Under the pieces are notes generated by a model, which saw only the letters and a list, made by a program, of their open reading frames with translations, searched no databases and was not told where the DNA came from. Both the position numbers and the translations under genes were made by a program. Shown one piece after another: positions 12,975-26,500 of a stretch of DNA of 64,000 nucleotides (positions are counted from its first letter, which is position 1; every line of letters starts with the position of its first letter). The stretch comes from Mobula hypostoma (lineage: Eukaryota), in the NCBI RefSeq assembly GCF_963921235.1, contig NC_086108.1, forward strand, positions 57,228,001-57,292,000, read 5' to 3'.

Positions 12975-15900
12975 ATGCTTAATCTGTGATGCTTCACTCC
13001 CAAATGAGCTCAACACCTTTTATGCATGCTTTGAAAGGCGGATAAAACTACACCAATGCAAATCCCTGCAGCAACAGTCACCCTCTGACGTTTGTCTCGA
13101 AGGCTGATGTCAGAACGTCTTCAAGAGGGTCAACCCTTGCAACGCATCAGGCCCTGATGGTCTATGGGTAAGGCACTGAAAATCTATGTCAAACGACTGG
13201 CGGGAGTGTTCAAAGACACCTTTAATCTCTCACTGCTGCAGTCAGAGGTTTCCATCTGCTTGAAAAGGGTGATAATCAAACCAAAGCCATAAAGAGGAGG
13301 TTGAGCTGCCTCACAAATATCACACAGTTGCATTCACATCCACCGTCATAAAGTAAATAACCAATTTCCCTCGGGATCAATAAAGTATGACTATGACTAT
13401 GACTATGAGAGGTTGGTCATGGCCAGAATCAACTCCTGCCTTAGCAAGGAACTATATCAGCTGCAGTTTGCTGACTGCCACAACAGATCTACAGCTGATG
13501 CAATCTCAGTGGCTCTCCACTCGGCCTTGGATCACCTGAACAACAGCAATATCTACATCAGGCTGCTGTTTATTGATTACATCTCAGCATTCAACACAGT
13601 CATTCCCTCAGTTGTATTAAAACAAGCTCCAAAGCCTGGGCCTCTGTACCTTCCTCTGCAACTGGATCTTTGACTTCCTCGTTGGGAGACCATAGTCTGT
13701 GCGGATTAAAAAATAACATCTCCTCCTCGCTGCCAATCAACACAGAGGCACCTCAAAGATACGTGCTTAGCCCACTGCTCTACTCTCTCTCTACACCCAC
13801 AACTAGGCACAGCTCAATGCCATCTATAAATTTACCACTGACACAACTCTTGTTGGCAGAATTTCAGATGGTGACGGGGAGGGGTACAGGAGCAAGGTAG
13901 ATCAGCTGGTTGACTGTTGTCACAGCTACAAATTTGCATTCATTGTCAGTAAGACCAAGGAATTGATCGTTGACTTCAGGAAGGGGAAGTTGAGAGAACA
14001 CTCATCAGTCCTAATCGAGGGATCAGCAGTGGGAAGGGCGAGCTGTTTCAAGTCCCTCAGTGTCAACATCTCTGAAGATCTATCCTGGGCCCAACATATT
14101 GATGTAATTACAAAGAAGGCACAATAACAGCTATATTTCATTAGGAATCTGAGGAGAGCTGGTATGCCAAAGACTCTTGCAAATCTCTACGGACGTACCT
14201 TGGAGAGCATTGTAACGGATTGCATCACTGTCTGGTATGGGGGTGGGGGGGGGTCACTGCACAGGACTGGAAAAACAGAAACATAGAACATAGGTGCAGG
14301 AGTAGGCCATTCGGCCCTTCGAGCCTGCACCGCCATTTATTATGATCATGGCTGATCATCCAACTCAGAACCCCGCCCCAGCCTTCCCTCCATACCTCCT
14401 GACCCCTGTAGCCACAAGGGCCATATCTAACTCCCTCTTAAACATAGCCAATGAACTGGCCTCAACAGTTTGCTGTGGCAGAGAATTCCACAGATTCACC
14501 ACTCTCTGTGTGAAGAAGTTTTTCCTAATCTCGGTCCTAAAAGGCTTCCCCTCTATCCTCAAACTGTGACCCCTCGTTCTGGACTTCCCCAACATCGGGA
14601 ACAATCTTCCTGCATCTAGCCTGTCCAATCCCTTTAGGATCTTATACGTTTCAATCAGATCCCCCCTCAATCTTCTAAATTCCAACGAGTACAAGCCCAG
14701 TTCATCCAGTCTTTCTTCATATGAAAGTCCTGCCATCCCAGGAATCAATCTGGTGAACCTTCTTTGTACTCCCTCTATGGCAAAGATGTCTTTCCTCAGA
14801 TTAGGGGACCAAAACTGCACACAATACTCCAGGTGTGGTCTCACCAAGGCCTTGTACAACTGCAGTAGTACCTCCCTGCTCCTGTACTTGAATCCTCTCG
14901 CTATAAATGCCAGCATACCATTCGCCTTTTTCACCGCCTGCTGTACCTGCATGCCCACTTTCAATGACTGGTGTATAATGACACCCAGGTCTCGTTGCAC
15001 CTCCCCTTTTCCTAATCGGCCACCATTCAGATAATATCTGTTTTCCTATTTTTGCCGCCAAAGTGGATAACTTCACATTTATACACATTAAATTGCATCT
15101 GCCATGAGTTTGCCCACTCACCCAACCTATCCAAGTCACCCTGCATCCTCTTAGCATCCTCCTCACTGCTAACACTGCCGCCAAGCTTCGTGTCATCCGC
15201 AAACTTGGAGATCCTGCATTTAATTCCCTCATCCAAGTCATTAATATATATTGTAAACAACTGGGGTCCCAGCACTGAGCCTTGCGGTACCCCACTAGTC
15301 ACCACCTGCCATTCTGAAAAGGTCCCGTTTATTCCCACTCTTTGCTTCCTGTCTGCTAACCAATTCTCCACCCACACCAATACCTTACCCCCAATACCGT
15401 GTGCTTTAAGTTTGCACACTAATCTCCTATGTGGGACCTTGTCAAAAGCCTTTTGAAAATCCAAATATACCACATCCACTGGTTCTCCCCTATCCACTCT
15501 ACTAGTTACATCCTCAAAAAATTCTATGAGATTCGTCAGACATGATTTTCCTTTCACAAATCCATGCTGACTTTGTCCGATCATTTCTCCGCTTTCCAAA
15601 TGTGCTGTTATCACATCCTTGATAACTGACTCTAGCAGTTTCCCCACCACCGACGTTAGGCTAACCGGTCTATAATTCCCCGGTTTCTCTCTCCCTCCTT
15701 TTTTAAAAATTGGGGTTACATTAGCCACCCTCCAATCCTCAGGAACTAGTCCAGAATCTAACGAGTTTTGAAAAATTATCACTAATACATCCACTATTTC
15801 TTGGGCTACTTCCTTAAGCACTCTGGGATGCAGACCATCTGGCCCTGGGGATTTATCTGCCTTCAATCCCTTCAATTTACCTAACACCACTTCCCTACTA

Positions 15901-16900
15901 ACATGTATTTCACTCAGTTCCTCCATCTCACTGGACCCTCTGTCCCTTACTATTTCTGGAAGATTATTTATGTCCTCCTTAGTGAAGACAGAACCAAAGT
16001 AATTATTCAATTGGTCTGCCATGTCCTTGCTCCCCATAATCAATTCACCTGTTTCTGTCTGCAGGGGACCTACATTTGTCTTTACCAGTCTTTTCCTTTT
16101 TACATATCTATAAAAGCTTTTACAGTCTGTTTTTATGTTCTCTGCCAGTTTTCTCTCATAATCTTTTTTCCCCTTCCTAATTAAGCCCTTTGTCCTCCTC
16201 TGCTGAACTCTGAATTTCTCCCAGTCCTCAGGTGAGCCACTTTCTCTGGCTAATTTGTATGCTACTTCTTTGGAATTGATACTATCCCTAATTTCTCTTG
16301 TCATCCACGGGTGCACTACCTTCCTTGATTTATTCTTTTGCCAAACTGGGATGAACAATTGTTGTAGTTCATCCATGCAACCTATTAATGCTTGCCATTG
16401 CATATCCACCGTCAATCCTTTAAGTGTCATTTGCCAGTCTATCTTAGCTAATTCACGTCTCGTACCTTCAAAGTTCCCCTTCTTTAAGTTCAGAACCTTT
16501 GTTTCTGAATTAACTATGTCACTCTCCATATTAATGAAGAATTCCACCATATTATGGTCACTCTTACCCAGGGGGCCTCTCACGACAAGATCGCTAATTA
16601 ACCCTTCCTCATTGCTCAAAACCCAGTCCAGAAAGCTGCGGAAGGTTGTAAACTTAGCCAGTTCGACCACTGGCCCTAGCCTCCCCAGCATCGAGGACAC
16701 CTACAAAAGGCAATGACTCAAAAGGGCATCATCCATCATAAAAGACCCATCACCCAGGACATGCCCTCTTCTCATTGCTACCATCAAGGTGGAGGTACAG
16801 GAGCCTGAAGACATAACTCAACATTTCAGGAACAGTTGCTTTCCTTGCACCATCAGATTTCTAAATGAACAATGAACCCATGAACATTACCTCAGTATTT
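12975..16900 (+). mobile_element. Degenerate Rex1/Babar-type LINE split by a CR1 insertion
   Basis: Remnants LQFADCHNRSTADAI, IRLLFIDYISAFNT and APQRYVLSPLLYSL. The homology resumes at about 16632 after the CR1. Confidence 0.75.
14276..16631 (-). mobile_element. Young 5'-truncated CR1 LINE (ORF2: endonuclease end plus RT)
   Basis: ORFs 15027-16700 and 14365-15000 contain LGKSDH, KSPGPDG, NYRPVSLTS, DFQKAFDKV, GVPQGSVLGP and KFADD. One apparent 1-nt frameshift near 15035; CTATGTT-type 3' tail. Confidence 0.95.
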
Positions 16901-16959
16901 TCTCTCTTTCTGCACTACTTACTTACATTTACATATCTACTTATTATACTACTACCTTT

Positions 16960-18260
16960 ATTAAACAAGGTTCTATTTAATCTTTCCCTATTACTCATGT
17001 CCTCCAATCTCGGCATCATCCTAGTAAATTTTCTCCGTATGCTTTCAATCTTATTGACATCTTTCCAGTAGGTAGGTGAGCAAAGTTGCACACAGCACTC
17101 CAAAGTAGACCTCACCATCGTCTTATACAACATCCCAATTCCTGTACTCAGTACTTTGATTTATAAAGGCCAATGTGCCAAAAGCTTTCTTTGCCATCCA
17201 TCTACCTGTGACACCACTTTCAGGGAATTAAGGCTCTGTTCTACCACACTCCTCATTGTCTTACTGCTCACCCTGCAAGTCCTACCCTGGTTTCTCCTCC
17301 CAAAGTGCAGCAACTTGTAATTGTCTGCATTAAATTCCATCCGCCATTCTTGAACCCATTTTTCCAGCTGGACTAGATCCCGCTGTAAGCTTTGACAACC
17401 TTCCTTGCTGTCCACTATGTCCCCAGTCTTGGTGCCTTTGCTGATCCAGTTCACTACATTATCAACCAGATCATTGATATAGATGATGAACAACAATAGA
17501 CCTGGCACCGATCCCTGCGGCACCCTGCTAGTTATAGGCCCCCAGTCAGAGAGGGAACCATCTACTACCACTCTCTAACTCCTCCTGCAAAGCCAATGTC
17601 TAATCCAATTTACTACCTCATCTTGAATGACAAGTGACTGAACTTCTTGACCAACTCCCATGTGGGACTTTATCAAAGGCCTTGCTAAAGTCCATGTTGA
17701 CACCATCCACTGCCTTGCCTTCAGTAATTTTCCTGGCAACTATTTTCCTCAAAAAAAAACTCTTAAGATTGGTTAGACACCACTTAGCACACACAAAGCC
17801 ATGTTAACTATCCCTGATCAATCCCTGCCTATCCAAATATTTATACATCTGGTCTCTTAGAACACTTTCCAATAACTTACCCACTACTGATGTCAAGCTC
17901 ACTGGCCTATGATATCCCGGCTTATTTTTAGAGCCTTTCTTAAACAATAGAACAACATCAGCTATCTTCCGACCCTCTGCAGCTCACTCATGGCTGAAGA
18001 CATTTTAAGCATCTCAGCTAGGTCCCCTGCAACTTCTGGACTAGTGTCTCATTGGGTCTGAGAGAACACTTTGTCAAGCCCTGGGGATTTATCTGCCCTA
18101 ATTTGCCTCAATACAGCAAGGACCCCCTCCTCTGTAATCCGTATAGGGTCATGACTTCACTGTTGCTTTGCCTTACTTCTCCAGACTGTGTCCATCTTCT
18201 GAGTAAATACAGATGCAAAAAAAAAAATCCATTTAATATCTCCCCCTTCCCTTCTCGCAT
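16960..18260 (-). mobile_element. Degenerate CR1 LINE
   Basis: Remnants VPQGSVPGLLLFIIYINDL, LQRDL...W.MEFN and LYKTMVRSTLECCVQ. Confidence 0.85.
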
Positions 18261-19218
18261 CCAACTCCAGTTTCACAATTGCCATTGACAAGTGGCAAGG
18301 TTTAAGGTTCTGTGAACAGGAATGGCTCAGTATCCCTGTCCCATACACAAAACCCAAAGGATTTAAAGTACTTTTATCATCAAAGAATGTGAAAATTATA
18401 AAACCTCGAGATTGGTCTACTTACAGGCAGCCACAAAGCAAGAAACTGGAAAGACCTGAATATAAAAAGGAAAGGCCAACACCCAAAGCGCAGAGAAAGA
18501 GAAATAACACAAATCATTCAAACAATAGAAGTAACAGCACTCTTAACCAAACAGTCCATAGACCCGGATTCTCGGAGCAGCCTGGTGCAGGCTCGAAGCC
18601 TTGGGCTCAGCTCATCATTCTAGGGGGGCAAATTGCTGTGTAGCTCGCAGACATGCAGCCGGAGCAGTTTCACAACCTCAGTGCCATGGAGAGAGGAGTG
18701 AACATTGTGGCAGAGTGAGCAAAATCCGGCCGATCCCCACCTCCGATCCCAACACCCTGCCTTTCCAGTCTAACTGGGCCGGCATTTAAATTGCCCAAGC
18801 ACCAGATGGTGCCTCCCATTAGCACCTGGGCTTTGCCGCAGTGCAGGCAAAATGTTTCCTCAAGGCAGCAGGTCACTTTCGGCCTCTGTTCCGAAGGAAT
18901 CAGTCACATCACGGTAATTCGAGAACACAAAGATCTCAGAAATGTTTGGGGTAGGAGGAAATGCTAAAGGTAAAGCTTTTATCATGGGGTCAGGATGTGC
19001 ACATCCACTCCCTCAAGAAATTTTGTTTTATAAAAGACTTAAAGCAGACCTATCTCGGCCACTTTAAGCCTTTTATCCCCCTTCAGGTAGCTTTTGCCTC
19101 CTGGAGAGACCAATCATGCTTTGAAAGGAAACTGCAGACTGAGTAACCAAACTGGACTCTGTCCACCTGAGGTGGGAGATTCAATATGCCTGCTGGTCAG
19201 AATGGGCAAAGAGTGGAT

Positions 19219-20074
19219 TGTGATGAGAATACACATAAAATTAAGATGTTTACTGGCCTGGGCTAGCATCAGTGGCATCAGCAGTTGGTCTGCCACCTGC
19301 CCTCAGGGGAAGGAGAGATAAGGAACAATGGAGCAGCGTCTGGAGATGTGTAATGAAGGGACGTGGGAGAGAGAGAGCTGTCTGGAGCGGCTCCCCCTTT
19401 GAACCCTGAACTGTTTGAAGTGGTGGACAGGCGATACCCCAGCAGGGGGATAAAAAGGTACAGGTTCGCTAAGACAGACACACACGCCACCCGAGGTAAC
19501 GAGACCCTGGAAGCGGTGCGCCTCTCACGAGTGGGTGAGAAGTACCAGACAACGACCAGGGTGGAAAGGTACGATCAGCGGGAACCCGGTGTGTGTCCGC
19601 CCTTGCCTGGGTGCCGGGTTCACTGCAGAGAATCGACCACATCTGGAGGAGGGGTCACAGTCGGTGACCTCAGGTGACATCACCAAGGACCCGCCCGAAA
19701 GCTGCTTGTGAGCCATCTCGCCGGTCTGTGAGTGAAGCAGTGTTCTGAATGATCAGTTGTTCCTGTTCTATCTCTCTCTTCCCCCACGTTGTCCATCGCC
19801 ATGGCAACGATTACTGCGAACTGAACTGGACTGAACTTTGAGTCATTTTGAAATTTGGTCATTTACCCCTAGACAACGATAGAGCTTGATTGATGCTGTT
19901 ATGTTAATTCTGTGCACATGTGTGTTTATCATCGCTGAACTGTTGCATTTATTATCCTTTCGATTACTGTGTTGCTTGTTTCTTTAATAAAACTTTCTTA
20001 GTTCTAGTACTCCAGACTCCAACTGAGTGATCCATTTCTGCTGGTTTGGCAACCCAGTTACGGGGTACGTAACA
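19219..20074 (+). mobile_element. Solo LTR (856 bp)
   Basis: TGTGATGAG...TACGTAACA. 4-bp TSD GGAT at 19215-19218 and 20075-20078. AATAAA at 19986-19991; CpG-rich. Confidence 0.85.
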
Positions 20075-20225
20075 GGATTAACTCCTATACTTTTTTAAAA
20101 TTAGTGCCCTTTCCCATTTGTGCTTTTTGGTCCAAATAGGAGCAGTTATCAGCGTGCATGGTCTCAATTAATACTAAAAGCATAATGCAAATCCTGACTA
20201 CACCTGGTAATTTAATTCACTTTAC

Positions 20226-20309
20226 CTGACTTATAATGAAGAATACAATGGTCATGGCTGCACAGGTCAGCGTGACGAGCATCAGGAACTTGAACCGAAA
20301 TATTAACCC
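20226..20309 (-). CDS. WLS: Wntless coding exon 10 (84 bp)
   Basis: GLIFRFKFLMLVTLTCAAMTIVFFIISQ. Sites tttcag / gtaaag; completes the YE|GL motif with exon 9. Confidence 0.97.
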
Positions 20310-20379
20310 CTGAAATAAAAAGAGAAAGTAATTATCATAAACTGCTAATAGCCCAAGAGTCATTGTGCACGGGTACAGA

Positions 20380-22020
20380 CCATGTCACCCACCTAACTCT
20401 AATCTCCTTTGTTCGACCCACATCCTTAGAGGCGCCTCCCTCCAAGTGTTTCATAAATGATACTACTGCACCATCTCAACCACTTTCTCTGGCAGTTCCA
20501 TCCATATACTCACCACCTTTTGCGTGAAAATGCTGCCTCCCAGGTCGCTTTTAAATCTTTCTGCTCCCATTGCAAATCTATGCTCCCCAGTTTTCGGCTT
20601 CTCTCTCCCCTGGGGAACAACCACCTTATCTATACCCCTCAGAATTTGAAACAGTTCCATAAGGTTCATCTACATTCCAAGGAATAACTTAGCCTGGTGA
20701 ACCTCTTCCAATAACTCTGTCACTTTATTCCTGGCACTCTCATCACAAGTCTCTTTCTTTTTTGCACTCTTTCCAGTTTAGCCATGTCTCTCCTATAACA
20801 GGGTGACCAAAACTCCAAGTGTGGCCTCACACCAATTCTTATAAAATTTCAACAGAATGTGCCAATTCCTATAATCAAAGCTCTGACTGATGAATGCTAG
20901 TGTGAGAAACATGTTTTTCTACCACTCTTGTCTACTTGTAATGCTGATAGTATGGAAACACACAGTCCTTCAATAAAACCAACACCTTGCCTCTGTCGGT
21001 CCTTGTTTCTCACATACCCATTCCTGTTGCTTCCAACTTAAAATTAATCCTTTCACCCATGTTTCTGCTCCTCCCACACTGAAAGAGTCCTCATTTGTGA
21101 CTTTCAATAGCTTCTCTATCTAATAACAAGGTGACCTCTCTGCATATCAAGAACATGCTTCTCTAATTCCTAGCTCAAAAGCACAAATGGAGATGATCTG
21201 TTGGTTGAGGCAAGTTTCAATGCTAGTATCCATGACTCCATTTCAGTCTCCTTGCCTGGACAGAAGTTGAAGACAGCCGAAAAACAACAAAATTTCCGTA
21301 ACTTTTGTAATTCCTGCTAAATTATTGGCAGACAAGTATTAGTAACTGAAATTAATGCTCTCATCTACTTCACTGGGAAGAGGAAAGCATGCCAAGGGAT
21401 CTCAGAGATAATGAAAAAATGGCAGTTTTCAAGAAAATCAAGTACTTAGGTCCATAAGATATAGGAGCAGAATTAGGCCATTTGGCCCATTGAGTCAGCC
21501 ATTTTATCATGGCTGATCCAATTTTCCTCCTAGCCCCAATCTCCTGCCTTCTCCCCCTACCCCTTCATGCCCTGATCAGTCAAGGATTTATCAACCTCTG
21601 CCTTATATAGACATAAGGACTTGGCCTCCACAACTGCCTGTAGCAATGAATTCCACAGATTCAACACACTGGCTAAAGAAATTCCTCATCTCCATTCTAA
21701 AAAGATGCCTGAGGCTGTGTCCTCTGGTTTTAAGACTCTCCCATCATAGGAAGCATCTTCTCCACAACCACTCTATCAAGGTCTTTCACCAGTTGCTAGG
21801 TTTCAAAGAGGTCACCCCTCATTCTTCTGAATTCTAGTGAATATAGGCCCAGAACCATCAAAGGCTCCTCACAGGACAATCCTGGAATCATTTTCATGAA
21901 CCTCCTTTGAACCCTCTCCAGTTTCAGCACATCCTTTCTAAGATAAGGGGCCCAAAACTGCTCATAATACTCCAAGAGAGGCTTCACCAGTGCTTTATAA
22001 AGTCCCAACATTACATCTAA
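20380..22020 (-). mobile_element. Two CR1 3' fragments (about 20380-20950 and 21450-22020)
   Basis: Remnants LYKALVKPLLEYYEQFWAPYLRKD and FTQKVVSIWMELP. Confidence 0.75.
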
Positions 22021-23385
22021 CACACCTATATTCTGTTCACTTGTGTAACAATAATTGTCTTCTTTACTGGTCATAACATTAAACAATGTTGTTTGTTTAT
22101 GGACCTCTGTTTCTTCATCTCCATCCCCTCTAAAATTGGAAGATACATCATTTTTTCATTGAAATATTTCCATAACCTATTGACTCACTTACAAGGACTC
22201 CTCATGTTATGTTCTCAATATTTATCTCTTATTTTCTTTTCTATTTGCGCAGTTTGTTGACTTTTGCACACTGGCTGAACACCAGTCTTTCATCGATACT
22301 GGTTATTATTCTATGGATTTATTAAGTATGCCCACAAGAAAATTAATCTCAGGGTTGGATATGGGGACATGCATGTACTTTGATAATGAATTTACTCTGA
22401 ACATCTGACTAATCCTTGATCAATATTTGCTTCTCTGACCCGACACTCATTTTCTGACAAAATTTTGCAATATGTTTTAAGCACTTTTATTCATTAAATA
22501 CAGTATCATACACTGTATCTGCTGTTATATGCATACAAATCATACAAGTTACTGCTCTGCCTTGCGCTATATTAGGTGCCATTCGATTAAAAAAAATGCC
22601 ATCTTAAACTGTGAGGTGAAATAAAGATGATCCCTGGAAGAGGCACACCCATTTATAAAGTGGATGCATGGATGAACTATAAATAATTGAATACATTTCA
22701 GAACAAAGAATGCATTCAGTGGAACAGATAGCCTTCTGTGCCTCAATGCAAATGTTACAGGTAAGACAAATGATTAAAAAATATACCATATTAGATATGG
22801 AATTTTTGCATGAAGCACAAGTAAAAGAATAGATTTTATGGTAAAATAGATATGATTGCTTCACCTGCTGAGTTCCTCTAGCATTTTGTGTGTGCAGCTT
22901 TAGATAGGATTATGCTTACAGTAGAAGGGAGGAGTCATTGCATTGCGTTATATAAAAAAGATGACATTGCCTCAGTGGGCTGAAGGGATATTCCATAATT
23001 GTCATATACCAGGCACTTTCTGTTTATGAGGAGTGAATAGAAAATTAATGGACTTGTCTTGGTACAAGGAGGATCTGTAGTTCTAAGAATGAGGGGGATT
23101 GATAGGAAGTTATGTGAGAACAAAAAATAAATTGAGATCAAAGAGATTGAGAATTAATAACACAAAACTTACAAAATGAAATGCCTGATTAGGTATTGAT
23201 GGAGGCTGAATTTATACCAGCTTTTAAAAGGAAAGTCATAAATATTTGAAAGTAAAACCTGAAAAAGGGATGGGGAAAGGACTAAATGGATAGCTTTCAG
23301 ACAGTTCATGCAAACGTAATATAACCTTGTTTTTCCTGTACTGTAACAAATGCACGCTGCATTTGGCACACTGTTATTTTTGTAC

Positions 23386-23529
23386 CTCGTAGTGCAGTCT
23401 CCTTGCTTTGGACATGGCTGGGAGTGAACATCTTTTGCCGCTTATATTTCGGAAGACCTGGAATACCATGAAGCAGAGAAAAAAGAAATACAGACATGCG
23501 CAGATGCCTGCAACTATGATAAAGGCCAT
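23386..23529 (-). CDS. WLS: Wntless coding exon 9 (144 bp)
   Basis: [48 protein letters not shown]. Acceptor gttag preceded by CCTTGAC; donor gtacaa. Confidence 0.97.
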
Positions 23530-26500
23530 CTAACATGCGGCTGTCAAGGTAAACACTAATTATGTGGTTTAAATTACCCTTGATGAGATGATTTCCACCC
23601 CAACTCCTCAAAACAGAAAGCCAGCAATACAGATAGCAAACAGAATCCTAGTACCTCATGTCAGACTTGGACCCTCACACCCTGCCCACTTTACGTTGTG
23701 ATAAATTGTACTGGGAGATAATCTTATGTGCACCGGTGACAGCATCAGGATTCGTAGCCAGGGCTGAACCCATCCTTACCAAAACACTACCCTTTTCCAA
23801 TCAGTAAACTGGAACCATCACGTTAAACCTTGCCATTGAATGCAGTTATGGATGCTTCTATTCTCATATGCAGAACTCCTGCTAAAAATCAACTAATTCA
23901 GTAGTTTTTATTGTGTTAAACTTTGGACAGAAGCATTAAGAACTTACTGCTAGTGGTTTTTGTTCATATGCAAGAATAAATAAAATAATATTCAATAAAG
24001 CAGCATCAATTAATAAATTATGTTAAAAAAAGAAAAAATATACACATTTTGGAAATCTGAGGTAATTACTGTGGGCATTCCAAATATACAACTGCTAGTT
24101 CTGAGGAAGGGTCACTAACGTGAAATATTAACTGTTTTCTCTTTCCATATATACGACTTGACTGGCTGAGTTTTTCCCCCAACAATTTCTGTTTTTGTTA
24201 CACCTTCATATGCCATGAAAAGATAAATGGGAACTTGGTCGATGTTCTAAGCTTGGAAAATTAGTTTAATATCTCTCTGCTTCTGGTAAGAAAACAGTAT
24301 ATTTCCAGCAACACACACACACAAAATGCTGGGGAAACTCAACAAGTCAGGCAGCATCTATGGATGGAAATGAAGAGTCAACCTTTTATCGGGACTGCAT
24401 TCTGAATACTCAACTGTAATGAATGGTCTTAACCTGAAAATGTCAACTGTTCACTTCCATCATGGATGTTGCCTGAATTACTGATATCCCTCAGCACTTT
24501 GTGTGTTTTGCTCAAGATTTCCAGCATTAGCAGAATATCTTGAGTCGCCATTCCTAGAAAATTCTTTGTGTCTGTCTGCTTTGGACACTGTCTGTAAAAG
24601 TTAAGTCTGTATCAGTCTGAATAAGGGATAAGCACACTTCTTTCCTAGCAAATACCAGCCCCAACCCAAAACACCACCTTTATTCAAATTAAATGACAGA
24701 ACATGAGACTGAACTTCCTGTGCTAGTCAGTTCTTCAGTATGTATTTGCATTTAGCCACAAGTTAATGACAGGAAAAGCAAGCCAATGATGCATAGTGGA
24801 ATTGAAAAAAAACACACTGCCGGATAGGAAATTCTGCAACACAGAGCTTTAAAATATAATAACTTGTATTCAAAAACACATTTCTCCCATTGAGTCTGAC
24901 CTCTTGCCAAGTTCCATGCATACTAAATACTCCAGAACTTATATAGTCAGATTTAAAATACATTATTCCTTCAAAACATGGACTTTGTAGGCCAAGCCAG
25001 CACTTCATTGCCCATTCCTAATTGTGCTGGGGAAGGCGGTAACGAGCTGCCTACTTCAATCACTGAAGTCCTTGTGGTGGGAGTATACCAACAATGCTGT
25101 TAGGGAGACAGTTCCAGATTTTGAGCCAGCAGTGATGACACATTTCCAAGTCGGCATGGTGAGATGGTTTAACTCTTGTGGAGAAGGTATGCAAGGACAC
25201 CTTTCCAGAAGCTGGTAACTGAAAAACAATCAAGAACCAAAGCTAGATGATTATTCTCTCTGACTGAGGCAGTGTTACTGACAGTTGCACCACCTTACAC
25301 CAGCAATGGACAGATGCAGATACCGAAATCAAAAAAGTATTTGAAGCGCACAGTTCAGCTACGTATTGTGTTGATGAACTAAGTAATCAAGGGAGCCAAA
25401 ATTCAAGGCATTTTTTAGATGCAGTCAGTCACCTTGAGTTTACTGTATAGTAGATACTCTCTTTGCTCCTGCAATTATTTTAGCCATTGTGCGGTCTTAA
25501 GATATTTAAGAAGCCCATTGTTTCTATTCCCACGGTGGATCTGTGAGTAAAAGACACACGAGGAGGAGAGCACTGGGAGAAAGAAGGGAGCAGCCAGCAT
25601 ATGGGCTTCAGTTTAAGCCAGCAGGCTTACAACTCAGAAATATTCCGTAGAAACGAGCTCTAGTAAAATTGAATAGTAATTGAAACTTCAGGATGCTATA
25701 ACAAATAAAGAAAATTCCATCTGCACTTAATTCGGATACAGGCTAGATAACACAGAGAAATCAATATGGAAATGAAGGCACTGGCGTCTTTGCCAAGGTT
25801 TAAAACAAACTGCTGTGCAACGCCCAAGTGAAATATTTGCTACATATTCAGAATTAGATTACAGCAGTTCAGACATGCTCAACCCCCTTAGGGTAGACTA
25901 CAGACGAGATATTTTTTTCTTTGTTCAATTCTTTAGCCCTCTACACCACTCCCAGTGTTTCCCCTATCTGTGATGGTGCCAACTGCTTCCGAAGTTTAAC
26001 TTCACGACTGCCTCTTTGATAACATGTCAAAAGGTCATTCCTCATATGAGAGTGTTGTCAGGAAATCTGTGCAGTATTACTTCTAGCCCAATATAGGCCT
26101 GACACTGATATTATAGACATATCCCAGCAGAAGTCATGGCAGAGCACTTGAACTCCAACTATCTATTTCAGGTAATTCATTTTGCTCTGGATTCCAGTAT
26201 CTTTTGTGTCTCCAGGTCCTCGCTGCCCGAGGCCCATTAACATTTTGGTTTATTTCATAGGAACTGCTCAGAAGACCACAGTCAGTCTGTGTTTATGCTG
26301 CACTTTGGTCCTGGAGTCTTCATCTAAATCTATCAACATATACCCTCGTTCCTTTTCTCATTTCCTTGTTTGACCTTCTCTTAAATACATCGAAACTAGT
26401 TGCTTCAGCCAGTCCCTGTCGTAGCAAGTTCCACATTTTCATGACTCTTTTAGGTAAGGAAAGTTTCTTTCAAGCTTCCAACCAGTAGCCTATACCTTGC

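Noticed and set aside
16632..16700. N-terminus of the 557-aa ORF (MSSMLGRLGPVVELAKF...)
   Set aside because: This is read-through into antisense Rex1 flank, not a real CR1 start or fusion gene.
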